Assembly: GCF_006345805.1 (NCBI RefSeq)
Contig: NC_043020.1
Location: forward strand, 18,228,001 to 18,292,000
DNA from: Octopus sinensis
Lineage: Eukaryota
Length of the DNA stretch: 64,000 bases
Reading direction: 5' to 3'
Made by a program: the position numbers and the translations under genes. Position 1 is the first letter of the stretch. Each line of letters opens with the position of its first letter. Shown here piece by piece: positions 53,016-64,000 of the stretch. The notes under the pieces were generated by a model, which saw only the letters and a program-made list of their open reading frames with translations, did not search any database and was not told the origin of the DNA.

Positions 53016-53316
53016 CACCGTGACTGACCAGACCATCAGATGTTGCTACACATCGCTGGTCACAATGCACTCCCCATTGTTTTAGCCTTTCAAATGACGC
53101 CACCCCGCTGGCTAAGCGAGCAGACCAACAGAAGAAAGAGTGAGAGTAAGTTGTGGTGGAAGAGTACAGCAGGGATCGCCACAACCCCCTGCTGGAGCCT
53201 CTTGGAGCTTTAGGCGTTTTCGCTCAATAAACACTCACAACGCCCGGTCTGGGAATCGAAACCGCGATCCTACGGCCGCGAGTCCGCTGCCCTAACCACT
53301 GGGCCATTGCGCCTCC
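53016..53316 (-). mobile_element. tRNA-headed SINE family D, young CpG-rich copy in (TA)n
   Basis: Minus strand: ggaggcgcaatggcccagtggttagggcagcggactcgcg...ggtttcgattccc (A and B boxes). Confidence 0.9.
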
Positions 53317-53427
53317 ACATATATAAATATATATATAATAACAATATAATAAATAAATAAAATATATGCATACATACATATATGTACATACTTACATCTA
53401 CATGTAATATATATATATATATATATA

Positions 53428-53596
53428 TGAGTACAGGACACCACAAATAAACGTAGAACACAACGAGAAACGAAAACATAAAACCAAACAAGGAAACAGA
53501 CTTTTTTTAACAATGAAAAAACAGAGTACAGGACAAACAATACAAGGAAAATTCCCCTTCATTAACTGCCCCTGGTTCGACTCAATGCGTGTTTCA
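53428..53596 (-). mobile_element. ~170-bp insert in (TA)n with an internal direct repeat (gagtacaggac twice)
   Basis: (TA)n on both sides; T-rich on the minus strand. Confidence 0.55.
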
Positions 53597-53616
53597 TATA
53601 TATATATATATAAATC

Positions 53617-53902
53617 TTAACTTTCTTGGGACACCTGGGCCAAGTGATACAAGTTGCAAAAGACTTTTGAGACCAATCCATTGACACAAACGTTTTGAAG
53701 TATAACAGCCTATCGGGGATCATCTTTCAGTAGATATAATATAAAACTATACAATATATATAGTTTTACATACTAATAAGGTACTTTTAGCCACTTTATC
53801 CTTTGTTTTCTACATGTACTCATCATTTTCAATCTCAATGGAAAAAACATTTTGGTTCTTTTTGGCTACACATACCAAAAAACTGTGCCTCAAAAGGGTT
53901 AA
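53617..53902. mobile_element. Degenerate TTAA-flanked MITE
   Basis: ttaactttcttgggacac ... gtgcctcaaaagggttaa imperfect TIRs. Confidence 0.5.
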
Positions 53903-54629
53903 TAGGGATTTTTTATGTTCAATTATAATAAAAACAATTTTACATTAATCTGATTGATGCATTATTCTATACTTTTGTAGAGTATATATTTATTATTCTT
54001 ATACAAGAACATTGTAGACAATGACTTCTAAGTCACTGTCAACAACATTGTAGTATAAGAATATATATGTATATGTATATATAAACCAACTACCACTAGT
54101 TATGTGCCAATTCTTGACACTACTATAATTATTATGCTTCCACTCTGAACACACATACATGTAGGTGAAAGAAAAGTGAGAGGGAGGGAGGGAGAGAGAG
54201 GGGGGGGAAATAGGTGCATAGTAACAGAGGTCAACAAGAAACCATGCTCAAGTAAATTATGTAAGAGATAGAAACAGCACAAAAGATAATCCAAAAACAT
54301 TTTGCCTACCACAACTCTCGCATATCACATACACATATATACATAAATATAAACACACACACAAATGCATGCATATACATGTGTGTGTGTGACCGCGTGT
54401 ATATATATATATATTATATATATATATACACACACATACATACACAAGTATATACATACATATACTAATGACAAGTGATTTTTCAACATTGGCATTGGGT
54501 CAATGTTTGCCAACATCTATGAGTCACACACACTACAGTGGAAGCAATGTAAAACAGTATACAGATAAGCATGTACATTTGGGTGTATATATCTATATGT
54601 AAGTATACATATACACAAATTTATATATA

Positions 54630-54783
54630 TGTGGCTACATGGCAAGAAGTTTGCTTTCCAACCACAAGGTTCTGGATTCAGTCCCATTGCGTGGCATATT
54701 GGGCAAGTGTTTTCTACTATATCCTTGGGCTAACTAAAGCCTTGAGAGTGAATCTGATAGATGGAAACTAAAAGAACCCCACG

Positions 54784-54843
<60 letters not shown>

Positions 54844-55098
54844 ATACATATATACATATATAATATATACATATATACATACATTATACATACACATATA
54901 TACATACATATATACATATACACATACATATATATATACATATATAATATACATATATACATACATATATACATACATATATACATATACACATACATAT
55001 ATACATACATATATACATACATATATACATATACATATATATATACATATATTATACATATACATACATATATACATATACATATATACATATATATA

Positions 55099-55143
<45 letters not shown>

Positions 55144-55365
55144 ATATATATATATACATACACACGTGTGTCTTTGTGTCTGTGTTTGTCCACCACCATC
55201 ACTTGACAACCACTGTTAGTGTGTTTACATCCACATAACTTATTAGTTTCTGCAAAAGTGACAACAACAAAAAAGTACCAGGCTTTATAAAAAAAGTATT
55301 GGGGTTGATTCATTTGGCTAAAAATTCTACAGAATGGCTGAAGTCTAAGTAAAAGAATATAAGGA
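54630..55365 (+). mobile_element. SINE family A with ~380-bp expanded internal (TA/TACA)n
   Basis: Head 54630-54783; microsatellite 54784-55160; 3' half 55165-55365. Confidence 0.8.
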
Positions 55366-55383
55366 TATAAACAGACACACACA

Positions 55384-55644
55384 CTATTTTTAATTAGCAG
55401 TAACTTACAAATGTGACTTGAAGGCCGAGGGCTTTGTGCCTGGTACTTAACCATACTAACTTCAAATCTAAGGGTTTGTTTCTTTTACAGAACATTTAAT
55501 GAAAGATTTGAACATTCTAGAAAGAATGCTACATTATCACTGCATAAGAAACAAACCCTCAGATTTGAAGTCAGTTTCATAAGTGTCAGACACAAAACTC
55601 TTGACCCTCAAGCCACTTTTGTAACTTTCAGCAGTTAAAAATAG
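55384..55644. repeat. Old fold-back: ~100-bp inverted arms with a ~55-bp spacer
   Basis: acttcaaatctaagggtttgtttctt / aagaaacaaaccctcagatttgaagt; ctatttttaa / ttaaaaatag. Confidence 0.75.
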
Positions 55645-55834
55645 GAAAAAAAAAAGTATAGTGTTATCACATAAATTTATTTCTTTCCAATGCTAACTGA
55701 ATTAACACAAAAAAATATTTTTATTGTACTTTATGGTTTTTTTTAATAGCTCTATTTTACCTCTACAATTTCTGTTTATGGCTTTTCAAATTTGAATTTT
55801 ACCTATTTTCAGACAGATGACAATGGAGAACTAA

Positions 55835-56110
55835 ATAGGAAAAGAAATAAGCATTTTCAACACCTGCTTCTCTTCACTTTCAAGCAACATTCCAAAGGTC
55901 ACAAAGCAGCACAAGACATTTGTGTTCTTGTATGGAGAAAGCATTATTACTGAAAAAACTGTACGGAAATGATTTTCAAAATTCAACTCACCCGTCTCTC
56001 TACATTCCAGCCTACTTATTCAGTTCAATGAGGATTGATTGAACAAACTCATCCATGAGGATCCAAGCCAATCCAAGAAGGAACTGGTCCTGTAGACAGG
56101 ATGCTCTCAT
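55835..56110 (+). pseudogene. mariner-family transposase N-terminal (HTH) relic
   Basis: KRNKHFQHLLLFTFKQHSKGHKAAQDICV..YGESIITEKTVRK*FSKF ... FNED*LNKLIHEDPSQSKKEL resembles mariner HTH regions; contains stops and frameshifts. Confidence 0.8.
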
Positions 56111-56174
56111 GATACGATTTGCCCATTACTCAATGGCTAATAAGTAACAAATGAACCAACTAGTGATGCAGATG

Positions 56175-56540
56175 CAAGCATGGGAGTGTGGTAAGAAGCT
56201 TGCTCCCCAACCACATGGTTCTGGGTTCAGTCTTACTGTGTGGCACCTTGGGCAAGTGTCTTCTAGTATAGTCTCAGGTTAACCAAAGCCTTGAGTGGAT
56301 TTGGTAGATGAAAACTATAAGAAGCCCATTGTGTGTGTGTGTGTCTGGGATTGTCCTCCACCACCATTTGACAACCAGTGAATTTACATTGCCATAATTT
56401 AGCAGTTCAGCAAAAGAGACTGATAGAATAAGTATGAGGCTTAACAAAAAAAATAAGTCTTGGGATCAATTCATTAGACTAGAAATTCTTCAAGGCGGTG
56501 CCCCAGTCTAATGACTGAAACAAGTAAAAGATAAAAGAAC
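56175..56540 (+). mobile_element. SINE family A (older subtype)
   Basis: Full head and tail, CpG-decayed. Confidence 0.8.
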
Positions 56541-59144
56541 TGTAAATGTGGCTCAATGAATCCTTTGTCATGAACTGAAAGAATTCTTTAGAGTCAAAAG
56601 ATTTTTACTGTCAAGGCACTCACAAGCTAGTGGAACATAGACAAGAAGGAAACAGTGAAGGAGGGTTGACTGATTTGTTAAAATTGATTGCAGAAAAATA
56701 AGGATTAACCGTTTAGCACTTAATCCTTTAGTATTCAGGTTACTTTCTCAAATGTGACACTTATTTATTCACATTATTTTGAATTTATCCCGTATTATCC
56801 TGTACCTTTAAGATTTCAATGATGTGATTGTATATTTTTAGAATGACATTGTAGGGTAGGTATGTGATACCAGATCTGGCCAGCTTCACCGTAAAACAGG
56901 TTAAATATTTGGGCCAGATATGGCCAGTTTAAATGCTAAAGGGTGAAACCAGGCACATCTGGTCAAAATATGTTACCTTTTTTATGTTCCAACCAGCCAG
57001 ATTCGGCCTATCACACCTATCCTTCAATGCCATTCTAAAAAGGAGGGGCATGGTGTTAGGAAGAGCATCTAGCTGTAGAGACCTTGCCAGGACAGACAAT
57101 AGAGCCAAGTGCAGCCCCTAACTTTACGAGCTCTGGTCAAACTGTCCAACCCATGCCAGCATGGAGAACAGACATTAACTGATGATGATCATCATCATCA
57201 TTGTCATCAAAATCTAGAAGCTATGAAATAACACATGATTAATTCGAAACAATGTGAATAAACAGGTATTAAATTTGACGGAATGATTTGAAGGCTAAAG
57301 GATTAAAACAAACAGAAAACAAAATTAACAAATTTATCTGACAACTCACTGATGTATTGAGTTCCATTTTACCTCTTCATTCTAATAAGCCTAACTTTCA
57401 TCTTTCACCAGACTGCAGCCATGCTGGGACACTGCCTTGAATGGTTTTAAGTTGAACGAAAATCGCCCCCTAGTATTTTTTTTTCTTTCTAAAAGCCAGG
57501 TATTTATTCTATCAGTCTCTTTTGCAGAATTGCTAAGAGGACATGCACAAACCAACACAGGTTGTCAAACAGTGGTGTGGGACAAATATAGAGGCCACAC
57601 ACACACACACACACAATGGCCTTCTTTCAGTTTCTGTCTTCCAAATCCACTCACAAGGCTCGTTGGCCCAGGGCTATAGTAGAAGACACTTGCCCAAGAT
57701 GTCACTCTGCTGAACCACTGTTACATGGACATAAACAAACCAACACTGGTTGTCAAGCAGTGGTGAGGAACAAACACACACACACACAACAGGCTTCTTT
57801 TAGTTTCCACTCATATGGTTTTGGGTGGCCCATGGCTAAAGGAGAAGATACTTGTCCATGGTGTCAGACAGTCGGGACTGAATATGGAACTGTGTAGCTG
57901 GAAGCAAACTTCTTACCGCATAGCCACATGTTTGTGTGTGTGTGTGCATGTATGTATAATATACATCTGTATGGAATTTACACAACACAAACCTATAAAT
58001 TGTGCATGTACACCATACACAGCCAAAAAAATCCATATATAAACATGTTTACACAAAGAAAATACCCACACGCTTAATAAAGTTACACACACACACACAA
58101 GCTGTCAGGATTCAAAGCTAATTTTCACATCTTCCATCGACCATGACTCTCTACATGCAGCAGGAGACATATATGTTTCTAAGCGCCAAATAAGTAAACC
58201 GTTTCTAAATCAAAGAAAAATATATTTAATCAAGATTCCGAAATTCTATTTGGAAGGAAACAGAGGAAAGTGAAGGATGGGTAGGCAATACATAGACATA
58301 TAGTCACACATGAATGTAGAAGTACATGTGTGTATGTGTGTGCTTTTGCGTGCGTGTATATAATACAAGGCTAACCTAGAGTCAATAATATCTGACTCAT
58401 CAAGTTTTCATCGTCTACTTTCTGGACATCTGTTAGAGAAAGATGTCTACTTCACAAACTAAACATGTGATGAATACACATACAGACACAGACAAGAGCA
58501 GAAACAGACTATACATAAAAACTAAGTCATATCCCAGTATGAAAGTAACATGGTGAAAATACTACTACTTGTTACTAGTGGTAGCAGTAACAGTAAAAAT
58601 TTATACTACTACTACTACTACTACTACAACCACCACTTGTAATAAACATGTTTACTTCTAATTTATTCATTTATTTGGGACTGTTTATCATGTGTATGTG
58701 TGTGTAAACGCACACACACACACACATTTAGGTATAAGTGAAGCATAGACATAGGGATGGTATAAGGGCAAGCGTGGTTGTGTGGTAAGAAGTTTGCCTC
58801 CCAACATATGGCTTTGGGCTCAGTTCCATAGCACCTTGGGCAAGTGCCTTTTATTATAAACTCCAAAACCATGTGAGTATATTTCACAGATGGAAACTGG
58901 AAGAAGCCCATCATATATATAAATATTAAAATAAAATTTTTAAATTTACATGTTGGGTATGTCCCTGGGAGTAAGCCGATAAAGCACGTTCACTGCCTAT
59001 GGCTACCTGGTGTCATCGACGCTAATTGCCCAATTCTTGCTGGATCTACAGTAGGAATTCCTCAGTGTACATTGAGCATAATAGAAACAATAAAGACAGA
59101 TAAGTTCCCCATATATTCCACTTTCCATCTCTATTAGATATACA

Positions 59145-59897
59145 AGCACAGGAGTAGCTGTGTGGTAAGTAGCTTGCTTACTAACCACATAGTTCCGGGC
59201 TCAGTCCCACTGCATGGCACTTTGAGCAAGTGTCTTCTACTATAGCCTCGGGCCAACCAAAGCCTTGTGAGTGGATTTGGTAGACGGAAACTGAAAGAAG
59301 CTGGTCACATACATATGTGTGCATGTGTATGTGTCTGTCCCCCCACCATCGCTTGACAACCGATATTGGTGTGTCTCCGTAACTTAGTGGTTCAACAAAA
59401 AAGGGACCGATAGACAAAGTCCTGAGGTCAATTTCTTCGACTAGAGGCAGTGCTCCAGCATGGCTACAGTCAAATGACTGAAACAAATAAAAGAATATAT
59501 TCTTTTACTTGTTTCAGTCATTTGACTGTAGCCATGCTGGAGCACTGCCTTAAATGTTTTTATTAGCTGAGGAAATCAAACCCAGTACTTATTCTTTGTA
59601 AGCCTAGTACTTATTCTATCAGTTTCTTTTGCCGAACTGCTAAGTTATGGAGACATAAACATACCAACATTAGTTGTCAAGTCATGGCAAAGGGGACAAA
59701 AAAACACACACATACACACATATATATATATATATATACATGACAGGCTTCTTTTAGTATCCATCTCTCAAATCCACTCACAAGGATTTGGTCAGCCCAA
59801 GACTGTAGTAGATGACACTTGCTGAAGGTGCTCTGGGACTGAACCCAGAACTATGTGGTTGGGAAGCAAGCTTCTTACCACACATCCACACCTGCAC
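59145..59897. mobile_element. Tail-to-tail inverted pair of family-A SINEs (59145-59495 plus; 59500-59897 minus)
   Basis: The junction is near-palindromic around 'aaaagaatatatattctttt'. Confidence 0.9.
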
Positions 59898-60464
59898 CTC
59901 TATGTGTGTGTATTTACATGAGCGAGTGTGTGTTTGAGGCTCCTTGTCTTGACATCATGTAATTGTAGTAAATAAATGTCATTCATTTCCTATATCCTCC
60001 TAAAAATTGTCTGGCCTTGTGGAGATATTACCTTGCTGGGAAATAACAGGTAAGAGTTGGCAACAGGAAGGGCGTCCAGTCATAGAAAATTGTACTTCAA
60101 TAAAATGCCATCCAACACTTGCAAGTATGGAAAAATGAACATTAAAATGATGATTATATATCAATTTCTCCTTAAAAAATAATTTGAGTGAGAAAGAAAG
60201 AGAAATAGTGAAATGTTTACATAAATAAACTATAAAAACTGCTAAATGTGAAATAATGTTTTTGATAACCTAATCAATCTGTGGGAAAAAAGAAAATTTT
60301 CACACCAGAATAATAACAAATACAAGCACACTGACCAACAATGGAAAACGCTTTACAGGTTACTCACCCTAATTAAGTAAGGATATACTGAATAATGTAT
60401 GATATATTATAAAGGTAGGATGGACTTGGCTAAAACATCTTTGATTTAGTAGTTCATTGGTGCC

Positions 60465-61395
60465 AAAACTTGAAACCATTATTAATAACGTTAAGGCAGC
60501 AAGAAGGCAGAACTGTTAGTATGTTGGATGAAATGCTTAGCAGAATTTCATCCGTCTTTACATTCTAAGTTCAAATTCCACCGAGGTCGACTTTACCTTT
60601 CATCTTTTTGGGGTCAATGAAATAAGTATTAGTTAAACACTGGGAGTCGATGTAATTGACTACCCCTCCCCACCAAAATTGCAATCTTTGTGCCTATAGT
60701 AGAAAAGATTATTATTATTGTGCAAGGTGGCAAGATGGCAGAATCGTTAGCATACCGGATGAAATACTCGGCAGCATTTTGTCCATTTTTATGCTGTGAG
60801 TTTAAATTCTGACGAGGTCAACTTTACCTTTCATTCTTTCGAGCTCAATAAAAGAAGTACTGGTTGAACACAGGATTCAATGTAATCAACTTATCCCCAC
60901 CCTTGAAATTGCTGGCTTTGCGCCAAAATTTGAAACCATTATTATTATTATTATTATTACTAAAATGCTTGGTGGCATTCATTCTGATTCTTTACATCCT
61001 GCATTCAATTTCTACTGAGCTCAACTTTGCCATTCCCCCCTAGAGAGTGAATGTAATGAAGTACCAGTCAAGTACAAGGTTCAATGTCACGGTCTAGACC
61101 ACCACCACCCCTCTCCTTTAAAATTACTGGCTCTGTACCAAAGATTCAAGCAATTATTACGAGTTGTATTATCTAAAGCAACAAGCAGGCAGAATTATTT
61201 GCACAAAGGACAAAACGCTTAGCAGCATTTCGCCTAGTATTTACAACCCAAGTTCAAATTCTGCCATGGTAAACATTGCCTTTCATCCTTTCAGGGTTGA
61301 TGAAGTAAGTACCAGTTAGGTACTGAGGTCGATGTAATCGACTATCCAACTCCCCCAAATTCCAGGCCTTGTGCCTATAATAGAAAAGATTATTA
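60465..61395 (+). mobile_element. Head-to-tail array of about 4 SINE family B copies
   Basis: Units aaggc..gcagaa..gttagc..agttcaaatt..cctttcatc..aagtaccag..cttgtgcc separated by (ATT)n. Confidence 0.85.
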
Positions 61396-61533
61396 CTAAC
61401 TCTGGGTTCTCAGATTAATGTGAGCCATGTTTATTATCAAGGCGATCTGTGAATAATTCCAATAAGATATCACATCATAAGAAGTAAGTAAACATTGCTA
61501 TTGAAAAGGTGACTCTCACCTCAACTAACTTCT

Positions 61534-61614
<81 letters not shown>

Positions 61615-61617
<3 letters not shown>

Positions 61618-61992
61618 AGTGTTGGCTGTGTGGTAAGAACTTTGCTCCCCAACCACACGGTTCTAGGTTCAGTCCCACTGCGTGGCATCTTCGGCAAGTG
61701 TTTTTCTACTATAACCTCAGGTCAATCAAAGTGGATTTGGTTGACGGAAACTAAAAGAAACCCATCGTATATATGTGTGAGTGTCTTCGTCTGTGTCCTC
61801 TCACCACCGCTTGACTGGAGCTGGTTTGTATACGCCCCCGTAACTTAGCAGTTCGGCAAAAAAGAGCGATGAAAGAAACACCAGACTTTACAAAAAAAAT
61901 AATAAGTACTAGGGTCAATTTATTCGACTAAAAATTCTTCAAGGCGATGCCCCAGCATGGCTGCAGTCTAATAACCGAACGAAGTAAAAGAT
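61615..61992 (+). mobile_element. SINE family A (older subtype) with retained CpGs
   Basis: Complete head and tail; many CG dinucleotides preserved. Confidence 0.85.
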
Positions 61993-62059
61993 ATACATAT
62001 AGACACAAAAAGTGTGTGTGTATGTATGTATATATATATACATACATATGTATAATACA

Positions 62060-62993
62060 CATGCAGTGGAAGTCACGTAATAACCGGTTAACAGTAGGCG
62101 AAGTTTTGAAATAGCCATCGCTATTTTATGAATTTACCCTGAATATAAGTTTTTTTCCAAAAATGTTAATGTCTCACACTTTTGCTCCTCCTCCAACTTT
62201 GCACTCTTTTCCTTCCCCTTGATGTAGCGATAGCTTTTCCGAAAGCCTTTGATTATTAGCAGTTAATTTTCAATCGATTATAAAGAATTTAGGATCCACT
62301 TATTTTCATAACATTAACCGTGATCGTAACACACGTCTCCCACTATCACCCCACACGTTTTCCTACATAACGCATTCTGTTTTCATCTCCATAGTGATTG
62401 TAGAGATGTTGTAATGGTTCACTTGAAAATTTTGGTAACAATATCAGGAACTCTGATTGTAATAAGCGGATGATTTTTAATTCATTTAAAATTCAGCTTG
62501 GGACGCATTAAATTAAATATAAGTATCCACCGTATATATTAAATGTGTGCGCGTGTATATATATGAATATATATATATATATATATATATCCAAATAGTT
62601 AATCCACAATCGTTAGTCCGACAAAATATATAGATATATACGTAATATGTATTTATATATACTATATATGTGTGTGTGTGTGTGTGTGTATCTATACACA
62701 TACATATTACATTATACATATAGACACACACACACATATACTATATATGTGTGTGTGTGTGTATCTATACACATACATATTACATTATACATTTAGACAC
62801 ACACACATATGGAGGTTTGATAAATGCAAGCGCACGAAACTCTCGACCTTTGAGTCACTTTGCACTTCCACCGATTAAATAAATGTATATAGTATATAAA
62901 ATATAAGCAGTGCAATCCAGAGTGTGTATATATATATATATATATTATATATATATATATATAATATATATATATATTATATATATATATATG

Positions 62994-63030
<37 letters not shown>

Positions 63031-63520
63031 CTATTAGCTAACATCTTAACCACGAGAATCGTAAGACACTTTCTGGAAGCTTTCATTGAAGCTCATTAAT
63101 ATTTAGAATTGTAAATCACGGAACACATTCATGATATTACACTTAAACGCACGACTCACTAAGGGTTAAGTTTACAAAATTTAAAAAGAAAATATAATTT
63201 ACCAGGAGTTTATATCGTATATAAATATATATTTCGCACGCAGCTGACCTAGAGCTTTAACTATTGATATTAGTAAAGACTAGCTAACTAGTCAACCTTA
63301 CAAAGAAAAAAAACAGTTATCAATACATAAAACACAAGGTGAATGTTGCAAAAGTAGAACAATTGTTGACCTTTGGTTTGGCACGCATGCGCACTGCCGA
63401 GGGCACTGATTGTCGAGGAGATGTTGTGAGGACGATTCCAGTTTGTGCATTAATATACATGAGGAAGGGCGTCTACTGTGTCTTTGGTGTGCATAAATAC
63501 ACATGGGTAGTGGTGGTGGC
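62060..63520 (-). promoter_or_regulatory. Candidate unmethylated promoter / first-exon region with NRF1-like site at 63382-63393
   Basis: Marked rise in CpG in non-repeat DNA; cacgcatgcgca (TGCGCATGCGTG on minus); minus-strand donor-like sites at 63202 (CTG|GTAAAT), 63159 (TTA|GTGAGT) and 63301 (TTT|GTAAGG). Strand is inferred. Confidence 0.5.
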
Positions 63521-63699
63521 ATATGTGTGTGTGTGTGTTTATTTACACACGCACACAAAAATAGATATGAATATATACATATATAAGTGTGCATACGTAA
63601 ACAAAAGAGACTACACAGAAAAAGATAGCTATGAGTAAATGCATACATTAACAGAAACAACAGATATATGTGTATGTTTGAATGTATATGTGTACATAC

Positions 63700-64000
63700 A
63701 CACATGATATATATATACATACATATACATATATACAATAATATATATATACATATACATATATACAATAATATATATATATACATATACACAATAATAT
63801 ATATATATACATATACACAATAATATATATATATACATATACACAATAATATATATATACATATACACAATATATATATATATATATATACATATATCAA
63901 ATAATATATATATATATATATATATATTACATATATACAATAATATATATAGATATATACATATATACAATTATATATATATATATACATATATACAATA
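63700..64000. repeat. (TA)n-derived minisatellite with unit 'catatacacaataat(at)n'
   Basis: Direct inspection. Confidence 0.9.

Noticed and set aside
53240-53316. tRNA gene (also 40089-40160 and the family A/B heads)
   Set aside because: A/B boxes are present but there is no complete cloverleaf or acceptor stem, and the sequence continues into a SINE body.
1-64000. Conserved miRNA, snRNA or rRNA genes
   Set aside because: No recognisable mature sequence seen by eye; not excluded without an Infernal/Rfam or miRNA database search.

Overview
AT-rich, microsatellite-saturated eukaryotic DNA. The repeat landscape resembles an octopod cephalopod genome (inference from repeat families and microsatellite density, not from a search). 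No intact protein-coding gene is supported: nearly all listed ORFs are (TA)n/(CA)n/(GA)n/(CAT)n artefacts or SINE read-throughs. The window is mostly interspersed repeats: at least four tRNA-headed SINE families, an RTE-tailed repeat, TTAA-flanked piggyBac-type MITEs, hAT-type MITEs with 8-bp TSDs, and decayed Tc1, mariner, RTE and R4/Dong-like fragments. CpG is depleted over most of the window but retained from about 61.6 kb, where an NRF1-like site (63382-63393) suggests a promoter; the rest may be one large intron or gene body. The most unusual signal is a recurring architecture of a short unique tail plus a long near-perfect palindrome, often inserted in (TA)n (7.5, 18.7, 27.1, 46.3, possibly 55.4 kb, plus a complex fold-back at 2.0-2.9 kb). 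Several degenerate hammerhead-ribozyme-like cores also occur. Together these point to Penelope-like or otherwise uncharacterised fold-back mobile elements. Coordinates were read by eye, and repeat boundaries are approximate.
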